Shown here in pieces: positions 1 to 14,770 of a DNA stretch of 64,000 nt. The notes under the pieces are model-generated. The model was not told the DNA's origin. It saw only the letters and a program-made list of their open reading frames with translations, and did not search any database. Numbering within the stretch: the first letter of the stretch is position 1; each line of letters starts with the position of its first letter. The DNA comes from the human T2T-CHM13v2.0 reference genome, Homo sapiens: assembly GCF_009914755.1 (NCBI RefSeq), contig NC_060932.1; one strand, written 5' to 3'. The translations under genes and the position numbers were made by a program.

Positions 1-117
1 CTGAGGCAGGAGAATGGCGTGAACCCAGGAGGCGAAGCTTGCAGTGAGTGGAGATCGCGCCACTGTGCTTCAGCATGGGAGACAGGGCAAGACTCCGTCT
101 CAAAAAAAAAAAAAAAA
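1..117 (+). mobile_element. Alu right arm (AluY-like), cut by window edge
   Basis: GAGAATGGCGTGAACCC...GCTTGCAGTGAG (Y-type diagnostics), ...GACTCCGTCTC then poly(A). Confidence 0.92.
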
Positions 118-139
118 GTGTAAGCTTTGTTTTTATAAT

Positions 140-260
140 CTTTTAATTGCAAAATAAAGCCAAATATATAGAAAATATCTAAGTATAGGACAAAGAAACC
201 TTGTATAACCTTCACTCAAATTCACCAATGTTTAACATTTTGACACATCTATTTGAGCTT

Positions 261-291
<31 letters not shown>

Positions 292-1280
292 TTATATATT
301 TTTTTCTGAAGCATTTGAATGTAAGTTGCCTATATCATGTCCGTGTGTATTTTCCAACAGTAGGAATTTTTTCTTACATATCTACAGCTTAGTTATCAAA
401 TTTAAATAATTTAAATTTGGTACAGTACTTCTATCCAATAGGCGTTTCATATTCCTGTTTCTTAATTATCCCAATAAAGTCCTTAATAGCAATTTTATTT
501 CTGATATAAGATCCAGTCCAGGATCATTTGTTTTCGTGTCATGAATCTTCTAAAATTTGGAACAACTCCTCAGTCTTTGTCTTTTACCATCAATATCTTT
601 GAAGAATACAGGACACTTACTTTATAGAGTGTCTTTCAATTTGGGTTTCTCTGATTTTTTTATGGTTAGTTTTGTGTGTGCCTTTTTGGCTAGAAGCCTG
701 CATAAGTAATATTCTCAGGGCATCCCACCTGGAAGCACATGTTGTCCATTCATTTGCCTCATTTTGGTAATGTTAATTTTGATTAGTTAGTTAAGGTGGT
801 GTTTGCTTTTTCACAGCATGGTTACTATTTCTCTTTCTTAGTTACTAGCCACCTTGTTGGAAGATACTCTGAGACTATCTTGTTCTTCATCAAACTCTCT
901 GCTCCAGATTTAGATTTATTGATGATTCTTGTCTGAATCAGTTTTTACTATAATAGTTGCAAAATGATGTTTTAAAAACCCTTTTTTCTCTTCTGTATTA
1001 GTTAGCTTTCTACCTAAGGAAGAGCTTTCCCTTTTTCCTTTTCTTTCCTTCCTTCCTTTTTTCCTTCTTTCCTTCCTTGCCTCCCTCCCTCCCCCCTCTC
1101 TCCCTCCCTCCCTCCCTCTCTTTTTTCTCCCTCCCTCCCTCCCTCCCTGTCTGCCTGCCTATTACCACATGGACTCATGAATTCGTACCCTATTGAATGG
1201 GTTATAAGTAATTACTTTCTTCCTTTATTTTGATACTAAAGTTGTTGACTATTTGGTCAGTAGGAGCCTTGAAATGTGTT
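140..1280 (-). mobile_element. Highly diverged old L1M (L1ME/MC-type) 3' region
   Basis: T-rich sequence with L1M 3'-UTR-like phrases (ttcaccaatgtttaacattttg; gatccagtccaggatcat); subfamily uncertain. Confidence 0.45.
1030..1160. repeat. Polypyrimidine low-complexity tract (CCTT/CCCT)n
   Basis: Directly visible, ~130 bp almost purely C/T. Confidence 0.9.
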
Positions 1281-2169
1281 TGTGTGTTGAATAGTACAAT
1301 AAAATTTCAACCAAAAACCTATGTTTTTCCTGTGATTAATTATTCAAGGAAAATAAATGTATATCATTTAAATAGAGCCTATAATATAATTTTAAAATTT
1401 CTACAGCTGATTTGGAAAATGGTTACTATTTCTGACATAATTGTATTGCAATTTACATTTCTCCTATTATAATCTTCTGAGGCAGCCCATTTTATTACTG
1501 AACAGTTCTACTTAATCCATTTATTCAAAATGTTATTGAGTGTCTATAATGATTAAAATAGAGGTAATAGAAAGGCAAACAATGGTTTAAGTCTACATGA
1601 GTTGTTTTTGTATTCTAACCAAACCATAGAATCTCAGTTATAGTTTTATATGCCTGTGAAATTTTATTTATTTTGAGGATTTCAATTTTATTGTTTCCTT
1701 CTACACACACTTGTATATTACAGATTTTTCTTTTAGAATCAGGATATTGCTAAAATCACTTTAGGGATGAAAATAAAACATTTGAAATCTAAAACATGTT
1801 TGGGTCATATTATGACTATATCTTGTGCATTCATTTCTATTATGGAGAACCTATCCTTCTGATGTGTAAGTTCCTCTAGACTAGCTTGCTGAAGCTGTTC
1901 TCAGAAAACGGGTGTCTTAGGCATATTATACCTTTATTAATCTAGAATGTGTTCTATCGTCCTATTCTGCGAGGATCAGGCCACTTCTGAAATCCCGAAA
2001 TCTACAAAATTTACGCTCTGGAGAGTTTTAAGAAGACATTGATCAATGACAAGGGCTTTAGATTGGGTGCCTAGAAAGCAAGGGTCTAGAAACCTTGTTG
2101 TGTCAAGAACTAGTGATGATTAGGACAAAGGAGGAAAGGGACAAGAAACAAGGTAGAGGCCTACCTGTG

Positions 2170-2534
2170 TAGTCCTGTGTCACTTAACGCTGGTGATACA
2201 TTCTGAGAAATGCATCATGAAGTGATTCTGTCATTGTGGGAACATCACAGGGTGTACTTTCACAAACCCAGGCCGAGCCTACTACACACTAGGCTGTATG
2301 GTATAGTCTATTGCTCCTAAGCTACAAACCTACAGTACATGTGACTGTACTAAATAGTAGTAGGTGATTGTAACACAATGGTAAATATTTGTATATAAAC
2401 ATAGCTAAACATAGAAAATGTGCAGTAAAAATATGGTATGAAAGATAATAGATGTACGCAGCTCCATTATAATCTTATGGAACCACCATCATATATGCAG
2501 TCCGCTGGTGTCAGAAATGTTGTTATGCGTGACT
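2170..2534 (+). mobile_element. Tigger3a/MER7-type non-autonomous TcMar-Tigger DNA transposon
   Basis: Matches remembered consensus: gatacattctgagaaatgc, ctacacactaggctgtatggtatag, ataatcttatggaaccacc, terminal gttatgcgtgact. Confidence 0.85.
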
Positions 2535-3053
2535 TTCAGATGACTTTTTGAAGAACTGGGTTATAAGAGAGAGTAAAATTTTTTTCTTTATTGCTCCAAA
2601 AGAAAAATGGAAAAATTAGCTCTTATGGATACAATTACAGAAATCCTATTTTGACACCGCAGAGGATGAACTTTCCATTAACTCTGCTGGCTAGTCCCAG
2701 GCCATTCATTCATCATGTGAGTACTGCACATTCTTTGGCCTTTGATTTTGTCTTCCCCTTTCTGATCCTCTGCACCAGCCTCTGAGAGTCCAACGTTCCT
2801 GACTTCTCTGAGCCTCTGTGCCTTTGCTGGAGCACTTTCTCCCCCTGCCTCCAGCCTGTCTCCCTCACAGAGCTCCTGCACATCCTCAGCACCTGCCCAT
2901 CCTTCTAGGAAGCCGGCCTGCCTCACTTTCCAAGTAAGCCAGGCCATGGTCTGCTTCCCAACCAGCCCACTGTGCCCTCTAAAATGGTAGTGGCTGCAAC
3001 ATTTTTATCCTATTTGTTGACTTGTGTGAATCTGTCTCCTAGACTGTGGGAGA

Positions 3054-3170
3054 CAGTACTCAGGTACCATAACCACACATAGTGACCAAACACTTAAAAT
3101 GTGGTTGGTGCTGCCATATTGGGCAACACAGATTCTAGAATATCTCAGCAAGCTCTGTTAAGCAGTGCTG
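3054..3170. mobile_element. MER3/MER33-like hAT-Charlie fragment within an L2 3' end
   Basis: cacttaaaatgtgg...ccatattgggcaacacagattctagaa...cagtgctg resembles the MER3 terminus. Confidence 0.55.
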
Positions 3171-3266
3171 ACCTGGATAAACTCCTTAACGGCAAGAACT
3201 GTATTGTGTCCATCCCCAGTCAAACACAGAGCTGAGGTACATTAAAGACACTCAGTAAATATTTTC

Positions 3267-3557
<291 letters not shown>

Positions 3558-3702
3558 TAAATGTTTTCAAAATAAGTAAGTTAAATAGACCAGTCCAATG
3601 ACAGAATGGGCTACATAATGAATAGTGGAGTTTTCATTGTAGGAGGAATTTAAACTTAGGATAAATGTCATCTGCTGGGGTTACCATGAAAACAGACATG
3701 CA

Positions 3703-4010
<308 letters not shown>

Positions 4011-4449
4011 AGACATGCATACGTTGCATGACAAGCTGTAGCACATAAAAGTAGGTAGCTTCCAGTTCTAAGAGTTTATAATTATTAGAAGGAATTAAAT
4101 GTAACACAGAACATGAAATCATTTCTGATTTAAAGTATTTCCTATTGAGCCACAGAAATGAGAAATTCCTCACTTTATTTAAATTACATAAAGTTTACTC
4201 CACTTGAAGAACTCATGTCAGAAAAAAAAAGAGTTTATCTTTAAAAATTTGCTCTTCCTCTGAACACCCAGATTATCAAAACACAGCTGAAAACAACACC
4301 AAAGGGGCTGTTCTCAAAAACAAGGAAGTCAACTTTTTAAAAAGGGATTGTCAATTAAGTAACTAGATAGCCAGGCGTAGCACAGGTGAATAATCTGAAT
4401 GTTACAGAAGTGACAGCTTTATTTTTTGAATATTTTTTTCAACCCATAA

Positions 4450-4860
4450 TTCAGGATTTCCACTGGTAGCGAGGATCCTCTCTGGTGCTGAGGATGTGGC
4501 CACGGGCGAGAGAGAAAGGGAGAGACACACACGGTGTCCGCAAGATGAGTGAGGGATACCCTGGGAGTTCAGCTGGAGCGGAGGGAAGGCACCAGGATCT
4601 CAGCAGGGCCTGGCCTCCGGAAAGGACCCTGGTGAGAAGGCGGGCCCTGGGGAGACGTGGAGCGCCCAGCCCAGGGCGCGGGAGGTGAGTGCGGCCAGGG
4701 AGGGCCTTGTGTTGAAGGGGAGTGAGCCCGGGGAGCCAGCACCCCAGGGGACTGGAAAGGCAGGCCTGGGGAGGAGTCTGGACGCCCGTGCTTGGTATTT
4801 GGGACCTGGGCAGGGCTTTGTGGAGGGCTGTCCGAGAAGGAGGTTGTGCGGGTCTAGGAT
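4450..4860. promoter_or_regulatory. GC/CpG-rich segment, candidate promoter or first exon
   Basis: High CpG density compared with flanks; consensus-like donor GAG|GTGAGT at 4682-4690; function inferred only. Confidence 0.4.
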
Positions 4861-4867
4861 GAAAAGT

Positions 4868-5080
4868 AGCCGGGCAACATGGCGAAACCCCATCTCTACC
4901 AAAAATACAAAAATTAGCTGGGCGTGGTGGCGAGCACCTGTGGTCCCAGCTGCTCGGGAAGCCGGGAGGCTGAGGCGGGAGGATCATCTGAGCCCAGGGG
5001 CGAGGCAGCAATGAGCGGAGATGGCGCCACTGCACTCCCGCCTGGGTGACAGAGGGGGACCTTGTCTTAAAAAAAAAAAA
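4868..5080 (+). mobile_element. 5'-truncated Alu (AluJ-like), CpG-rich
   Basis: Starts at agccgggcaacatggcgaaacccc; linker, right arm with GGAGGATC, poly(A). Confidence 0.9.
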
Positions 5081-5284
5081 TGTTCTAGGGGCTTGCCCAC
5101 GTGTGAATCCCAGCTCCATGTTTACAAGATGCTCCATCTTGAGTAGGTCCCTTCACTTTTCTGCGTCTTGGTTTCTTTGGCTGCAAAAAGGGTAGCTTTA
5201 AGGATTCCATGGACTAACATAGTAAGTAGGAAGTGTTTATTATGTTGTCACTGTTTTATGTTTAAAAAGTATTATCCTAAACAA

Positions 5285-5900
5285 AATGTGATAAGACATA
5301 CAGTGGAGTATTATTCATCCTTAAAAGGGAAGGAAATTTTGTCACATGCTACACTGTGGATGAAACTTAGAAATTATTCTGAGTGAAATCAGCCAGTTAC
5401 AAAAACTTGAATACTGTGTGATTCCACTTACATGAGCTATCTGGAATAGTCACATTCATAGAGACAGGAAGGAGAACGCTTTCCAAGGGCTTAGGGCAGC
5501 GGGGCTTGGTAAGTGTTTAATGGGTACACAGTTTCGGTTTGGGAAGATGAAAAAGTTCTATAACAATAATTTACTGCATATTTCAGAATCGCTAGAAGAG
5601 ATTTGGAGTGTTACCAACACAAAGAAATGATCAATGTTTGTGGTGATGTTTATCCCAAGTACCCAGTTTTGATCATTGCACATTGTACTCTTGTATCAAA
5701 ATATCACATGTACCCCATAAATATTATGTATTATGCATCCATACAAATTAAAAATAAATTTTAAAAAAGATCTGGAGATGACTGGTGATGATGATTCTAC
5801 AACAATGTGAATGTACTTAACGTCACTGAACTGTACACTTAAAAATGACTAAGATGATCAATTTTATGTTAGGTGTATGTTGCCATAATAAAAAAATTAA
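5285..5900 (+). mobile_element. L1MB-type 3' end containing a nested L1MA-type 3' end (~5562-5765)
   Basis: L1MB phrase gggaagatgaaaaagttct|ggagatg is split by the insert, with aaaagttct/aaaagatct TSD-like repeat; insert has cacaaagaaatgat...catgtaccccataaat. Confidence 0.75.
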
Positions 5901-6559
5901 ACCAAAAAGACCTACCTTGGCTTCTGTGTGGTAATGGGGGTTGGGGGCAGGGTGGATGCAGATGGAGCAGTCAGGGTCCCTCCGTTGTCCAGGCAGGAGA
6001 TGCTGCTGATGGTGAAGACGCAGAAGAAGATGCATTTGGGGAGGTTTGGAGGCAGCTAGATCTTAAAGATAGGAACTAGCTGGCAGATTGGATGGGGGCT
6101 GAGGAAGACAGGGAACCAGAAGAGCTTTTTGTTTCTGGCTATAAAGGTGGGTGATTTTGAGCCACTATTATCAGGAACAGAGAAGATGGGGAGAGGAGGG
6201 GTTTGTAGAGGTTTGCAAGCCTGGCTGGTCGTTCACATGGAGACTTCTTTAATAAAGTGATGAAATCCATAATGAGCATGACACCGAAAACTCTTCAAAT
6301 TTATTAACTTTATTTACTTGGTATTGTGGAGTTTTAGTTTCTCTCTACTACTTTAGGTACCTTATTTCACGAATAGTAAGTTCCTCCCATCACAGTCTCC
6401 CTCCTGCCCCATCATCCATTGTATTTGCCAGATAAAACAGGTTTTCAGACGGGAGTGAATAAACCTGATTTTGCTTGTAGTATTAATGAATACTAGTCTT
6501 TCTCTTCAGTTTTGAAATTTGGAACTTAGTCCTTTATTTTTGTAGATGAAAATTAAATA

Positions 6560-6770
6560 ACTGTTAATAGTTACTGGGTATTTACTCTGAGGATTGTTTT
6601 AGACTCTTTATTTTTGTATTCATTATCTCATTTATTCCTCACAATGAATTTATGGAGTAGATATTCCTATTATTTGTACTTTATAGATGATGAAATTGAA
6701 ATAACTTTCTCAAGGGCTAAAATAACTTTCTCAAGGGCTCAGCTTTCATAAGAAGCAAACCCAAGATACT
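6560..6770 (-). mobile_element. MIR relic containing a 21-bp-period tandem duplication (6699-6739)
   Basis: tttatagatgatgaaattga core; aaataactttctcaagggct occurs twice. Confidence 0.6.
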
Positions 6771-6849
6771 ATTAATATTATGAGAAAATGAGTTTTGAGT
6801 TTTTATTCCAGATTTTATCTAATTAGCCTATCTCTTATTTATCTATCAA

Positions 6850-7790
<941 letters not shown>

Positions 7791-7979
7791 ATTTTTTTAA
7801 TATAAATGTTCTCTCTCTCGACTTTTTTGTACCTTGGATATTGCTTTAAGTGTGGTATTCAATAAATATTATTAATGATGATTATAAATGTAGCTGACAC
7901 CCCTGCAGCTTTTAGCGTATGTACTATAAATCATTTTATAATATGATGTTATTATTCAGCTTTACTTTCTCCTCTGTAA

Positions 7980-8200
7980 CAGGCACTGTCCTCAATGATC
8001 GGTTTGGATTATTGCCCTTAATTCTCATAGCTTCTCTATGAGGGAGGTGTTAGTACTCACTGCATCTTACATATAAGGAAACTGAGGCACAGAGAGATTA
8101 AACAACTTGTCCAAAGTCACACAGATAGAAAGTGAAAAGTGGCAGAGGCAGTATTCTAACCCAGACAGTCTGAGCCCACAGCCCATAGGCCTAATCTGTA
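7980..8200 (-). mobile_element. MIR
   Basis: aggaaactgaggcacagagagattaaacaacttgtccaaagtcacacag core. Confidence 0.8.
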
Positions 8201-8740
8201 TTCCAAATGCTTCCTACAGGCTGTGCTACCTGCCAAGAAGACATGTCACACAAGTATACTAGCGATACTGCTGTATACATAATAATTGAATCAACTGACT
8301 TGAGCTTATGATGTGCTCTTCATTAGAATGGATCCAATTCGTGGCATCTGAATTTTTGTTTACTCCTTTCCTTATCTCCTGCCTCAAGCTAAAATATCAA
8401 AAGGATGTTTTACATATATCCTTTACATATTGTTAATTAGGAACAAATGAATCTATATAATAGTGCACCATTTTGGTTGTGACGAAGCACTGTTATTTGT
8501 TTTATTTTATGTTTGCCATGGTAGAATGTATGTCTACCAGCAATGCCTAGTAGTGCTGACTTAGGTTTTCTTTTTTGCCAGAAGTAATTTTATGATAAAC
8601 GAATATTGTACTATCCTGGGAAGCTGAAAGAGGTGAGTGATTTGCTCAAATATGCTGAAGGTTCAGTTTGCCAATTCCATTTATATCTGAGACCCACTTT
8701 GCCAAAACTGAAAGGGATAATAGAACAGAAATCTGGATAG

Positions 8741-9058
<318 letters not shown>

Positions 9059-11188
9059 TAGTTTAAGTCAAGGAAATGATGCTGGTTCATTGGAAGCCAT
9101 ACTAATTTTCCTTTTCTTCAGCAGCAAAGTTATTCCTGGGGTCTCAGACTACAATTTGGGGGCAGTTTCCTACACTGGCATTGCCCTCTCCTGGCATTTA
9201 CCAGCTGCCCAGTCCTGCTTCTCCCTGGCATATCTGCTTCTCCATCTATTCCTCTGACCACGTCTTCCCGACCACCTTTCTTTTCTTTTAGCAGAGACTT
9301 AGGGATTGAAGATAACAAGCAGACCACGAATAATGAGAAAGCAATGGACACATTTGATTCTTAAGCCCTTTGGGGAAAATTGGCATGCTCCTATAGCGCT
9401 TTCGGGGATGGAGGATGGTAGAATCAAGTCAAGAGCCAACACCCGGGGCAGAAAGCAACCTGCCCTCACTGGTCACTCCAAGAGGCTCAGAGATGGAGTC
9501 TGGTGACCCCAGCCATCAGTAGACCCCTCCTCTGAACCTAACTGATAGCATGCCACCCTTGCTCACTGCCATTGTTTGTTTCACACTATGGACCTAGAGA
9601 GATGAGTTGCCTCATCACCTACTCTATGCAGAAACTGCCATGTCCTCCCCTCTGCACAGGCAAATATTTACCAGCTCTGTGGACAGCCACGTGTATCATA
9701 TCAAGGACCTGAGGCCAAGTCAACTCAGGGTCAGATGCAAAAGGGCAGACAAAAGCAGAGAGAGACAGAGTACTAACTCGTTTTTCGACTCCAATTTTAT
9801 TCAAATAGGCATTGAAATGTTGTCAGTTAATCCTCTGGAAAAACCAGCCTTGACAATGAGCTTGGTCTCAGATACAAGCTTGTAGCCTCTTTGAGTTTCC
9901 TCATTGTCAACATCAAGACCTAGGAATGAGAAAAGAAGGAAAAAGAAGAAGAAAAAAGGAAGAAAGGAGATGAAGAATGCAGAGAGGAAGGGATGAAAGG
10001 CCCCCGCTGCAGGATGGGACTGGCTGGGAGCAGGATACACTTCCTTTCACCAACATTCTGGGCCTCAGGGAGGAGCTTGGGGGCTGATCCAAACTGTGTA
10101 TGGGAGTGGCAGGGGTCCATAGAGAGAATCAAAAACCTAACAAATCAAGTTATTAAGTTACTTTTGGAAGGATAAACATATCTTTCAATAAAGGTCTAGG
10201 ACTCAGATAAAACCCAGAGATGAAGAGGTAAAATCAATTGTTGAGAATAAATGAAACATGTATCGACCCACACACTACAGCCATCTGTGATGTCTAATCC
10301 TCATGGTAATCACGGTAGGATGGTATTTTGATCCCCCTTTGATAAGAGAGGGTATCTAAGTCAGAAAGGGTCAGTGGCTCGCCCAAGTCCACATGGTAAA
10401 TGAATGACAAAGCCACGCATCCATCCATTCGTCCTGCCTCCAAATCCTACCCATGTTTTCCCACAGAATCTGGACTGCACTGAAACCTGGAAAACAACAG
10501 ACGCTGTTGGATCGGGAAATATCTGACGGCAAACAGCACCAGGAGAGTGAGTTGGGGAAGAAGTAGCCCGGGCTGGCAGGTGGGAGGGAGAAGGGTCAGG
10601 CCTGAGAGCTGGGGAAGAGGAAGGCCCATCTGGTCCGCTCCCACTCCACATGCCAGACCTGCCCGGGAGCACGTCGGGGGACAGGTTTCCTCGGATCCCA
10701 CGTCCATTGTTCTGCTGTTATGACATGGCCTCACCGTCTATCATAGATGGAAATGAAATTGGTTTGGAATGGTTTCCTCTTCCCACAGTTTTCTTGGTTG
10801 TGTATCGATAGATGACTTTTAAATATGATATCCTTACAGATAGGAAAATTAAGCTAATCTCTCTGTTCAATGTCCAGAACTGTCCTTTTTTTCAAGTTTA
10901 GCATGAGAGATGATGTGTTAGCCTTTGTCAGTTCTCTAAGACTTCCTTATCATGCCTTAGTTTTTAAAAAAGTTCTTAATTTCCCTGGGTCACCGGAGAG
11001 CATCAGTGGGAGTTCCATTGTGTCAGCATTCTCCACGCTGTTGGAGCACGGCTTCCCTTCGACTGGGTTGCAGGCCTGGGCTCACAGATTCCAGCTCACC
11101 GTGGCCACAAAGCTGGGAGAGGAGGAAAGAGGCCTTGCCTTGGCTGGAGCATGTGCTATTCTCTTCCTAGAGCTGTTGTTTTCCTTGA

Positions 11189-11576
<388 letters not shown>

Positions 11577-12174
11577 ATGGTTTGCTTTTTTGATTCTGAC
11601 TTGGAAACCACATACTCTCTCTCTCTCTCTCTCTTTTTTTTTTAAACTTAGCTGGAGCTCCATGGGTTTCTCAGGCCCTGGACAGAGGGGGTTGATTTTT
11701 GTTTTGCGTCTGTCACTGCCTTTCTCTGTCAGTATAATTTCTGTGACCTTAGAAATGTCTACTAAAAGTACATTTCTTGCAAACGTTGATCCCTAAGATT
11801 TTATTTTCCCTGGTGCTTTCTGCTCATATCTAAAGCATGTTGGAATGTTTCTCTGAAGCTCATGCCAACTGTTGATTTTCCTTAATGTTGTGAATATTAT
11901 GATTATTTTATCTATTTATAGAGGAATTTTTAGAAATGTTTTCTTATGGTAACATGCATTATCTCATTTCATCTCTAGTTACCAGTGAGGGAGATACTCT
12001 CACCATCGTCTGTTTCATAGATGAGGACACTGCCAAGGATTTGCGTGCATCACACAGCTCACGGCTGTCAGAGCTGGAAGTGGAGTGCGTTTCCACCTTG
12101 AGAAGCACACCAACACCTTTTTGTTTTCTTCTGTCTTTAAACGTAACTCCTTTCCATGTGTAAAAATTAAATCA

Positions 12175-12445
12175 GGCTGGGTGCGGTGGCTCACGCCTGT
12201 AATCCCAGCTCTTTGGGAGGCTGAGGCGGGTAGATCATAAGGTCAAGAGATCGAGACCATCCTGGCTAACATGGTGAAACCCTGTCTCCACTAAAAATAC
12301 AAAAATTAGCTGAGTGTGGTGGTGCGCGCCTGTAGTCCCAGCTACTCAGGAGGCGGAGACTGCAGTGAGCTGAGATTGCACCATTGTACTCCAGCATGGG
12401 CAACAAAAGCGAAACTCCCTCTCAAAAAAAAAAAAAAAAAAAAAA
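12175..12445 (+). mobile_element. Alu (AluSc-like) with ~30-bp right-arm deletion
   Basis: GGTCAAGAGATCGAGACCATCCTGG; gctactcaggaggcggag lacks the CTGAGGCAGGAGAATCGCTTGAACCC segment; TSD aaaaattaaatca. Confidence 0.93.
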
Positions 12446-12574
12446 TTAAATCAGGGAACCAAACTGCCTGAATTATTTCATTTTCTTTACTAAGAAATTT
12501 AGAAAACTCTCCATCTGAAATACTTCCTTTTAAAATTTATTTTATTTTCATAATACATTTTCCAATACAAGAAT

Positions 12575-14520
12575 AGGGAATTCCCTGTGTTAGCAGGTGG
12601 CAGACTCCGGACCCTGGGACCCATATCCCAGCTTAAAGGGCCATTCCTTCTTGCCCTGAAGCACCATTGCACAGGGAGTAACTGGCACCCGGTGTTAACA
12701 TTGGAAACATTTGGATGGAAACAGATTTTTACACTGGTTATCATCTGATGAGGGTTTTAAGGGGAAAGTGTCAACATAAATTTGGAATTTCCTGACTTCT
12801 GCGGATCTGAGTTACAATCCTGACAAAACTAGAAAGGAAATCTTTAAAAAATTTTTAGTGTTTTATTGTGTGGAAATGTCCCCAAACATTTTCATCCCAT
12901 TTTCCCAGAGAAACCTGACAGCTCTTGCGGGGCGGGGGGGGGGTGGGGAGGGGGTGGCGGACGAGGGGGGATGGAGAAGAACAAAACCCAGTGGCCACAT
13001 CCTTGAACTCTTTTGTGTGTTTAGAACAATGTCCAGTTAAAATCAAACAATATTGCTGCTAAATGCGTCTAAAATAGTCCTTGGTAAGTACTCTTGCTCT
13101 TGCCCGGTGGAAGGGCTCCGTGAGAGGACAGCTTGGAGAGTGATGAGAGCCGGGCCCAGCGCTGACCGCAGAGGCAGCAGGGCACAGGGAGATATTGTAT
13201 CTTTCCAATAACCCTGTCATCAGCTCCTGCGTTGCTGGGACTTTAAATCTCAATCTGAGCGCAGCGTGCATACAGCCGCTGCATCCCAGTGGAAAACAAA
13301 AGCCGGGCTAAGGCTGGGGGTGGGGGAAGCTCATAAAGGAGAAGTCATGAAGTCTGGCTTTCTGGCCAGATTTCCTCTGGAAGGTGAGGTGTGGCCGGCA
13401 CTGTGTGTGTGGACCGCCTGGGAGGGGACACACACCCTGCCTTCAGACGGCAGGACCTCAGCCTGGCCCGCAGCCAAGGAGCCAGACGCCAGGCCCCGGG
13501 CTCTCAGCAGTGGGAGCGGTCTCTGGGCTGGGTATACAATGGTATTATCTCAAGCCAACCTCGGCTGCAGAAACTCGCAATGCTTCCTGTCCTTGCATTG
13601 CAGCACAAACTGTCCGATTTCCAACTGCTTTCGGACACACTCACCCACACTCGGCCGCCAGGCTTGCTGTATAAATGTCTAAAGCCATTTCTTCCTTGAG
13701 AATTGCAGACGCTGCAATGCCGTAATCCATTGTATTTTTATCCTCTCTGGAAGGACCTGCACCGATCATGAGTCACATGGGGAAAGGGATTAACTCCCAA
13801 AACAGTTTATGTAATGTAGGCAAATGCCTGAAGCTTCTTATAATGGGGGAAAGCAGAAAGGTCTTCAAACTCATTAACATTATATACAATTTATTCATGT
13901 TGGTCCATCGTCTTATTCTCTTTCCCACTTTGAATCCCTGGGAAAGCAAGAAGATGCAATAGAAGAGCAAAATCTGGGTGAACGTGATGGAGAAAGCCTG
14001 CTTTTAATTTCTAGTGATTACTTTTAATATATTTTGAATGAATTTTGTTTAAACTGCTATGGTACTCTCAAACACGGCCATTGGATTAAATTATTTCAAA
14101 AAATTAAAAGCCTACTAAACCCTGGTACTAAAAATGTGTTAAAAAGGACAAGACAGATGAAGGAGAAGGTTCTTTTTTTTCTTTTTTTTTTAATTGTGTT
14201 TGATGTTCTTGGCTTTGGAATATTTCAGTTAGGTTATTAAGCATCTGATTTAACCTTTCAAATTACATGCCTATTTCAGAAAGTTGAACACTCTCAGCAA
14301 CCTGCTCCCAGAAGTCAGAGGTTTAATCCAACAGTTACCAGAAATGCTCTTAAACTTTCTGCTTCCAGGTCAGGAAGTTTTTGGCAGGCCGCTGTTCCCA
14401 GGGACGTGGACTTTGATGCAGTGTGGACTCCTTAAGGAGGCTTAGAACAGGCTGGCCTCAGGCGGGCAGCCAGGGCTCACAGGGCCAAAATCCTCTGCTT
14501 TGTGCTTCGTGGGAATTCCT
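12575..14520. promoter_or_regulatory. Candidate enhancer/promoter region (largely repeat-free, CpG-retaining core 13.1-13.75 kb)
   Basis: GGGAATTCCC (12576-12585), GC box/G-runs (12927-12975), TATAAAT (13670-13676), TGAGTCA (13769-13775); function is inference. Confidence 0.4.
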
Positions 14521-14696
14521 GTGATTACAGTACAAACCCAGTTTTCAGTAAAATGGGATGACAACTGCTCCAAATAAGGTGGCCCTTGGTTTATCCCGAA
14601 TGTGCTTAAGTAGATCTACTCCCTCCTAATAAAGCCTGAAGATTCTTTCAGCTACTTGCCCCTGTGAAAATGGGCAGGCTTTTTTGGACTGGATTC

Positions 14697-14770
14697 AGCA
14701 GTGTGCTGGCAAATGTTTAACCACCAGCTCTCCGCAACAAGCAGCCCTGATGGGGGCATTTGCTATGGCC
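14697..14770. mobile_element. MER63 (hAT-Blackjack) terminal fragment
   Basis: cagcagtgtgctggcaaatgtttaaccaccagctctcc resembles the MER63 terminus CAGTGGTGTGCTGGTAAATGTTTAACAACCGGCTCTC. Confidence 0.7.

Noticed and set aside
4451-5137. 228-aa minus-strand ORF
   Set aside because: The N-terminal half is antisense Alu translation ([18 protein letters not shown]). The rest is GC-rich stop-poor sequence with no recognisable domain.
13266-13699. Overlapping ORFs in three frames
   Set aside because: GC-rich sequence depleted of stop codons. Non-ATG starts and no protein similarity that I recognise.
13702-13718. Hairpin attgcag-acg-ctgcaat
   Set aside because: 7-bp arms are expected by chance in 64 kb.
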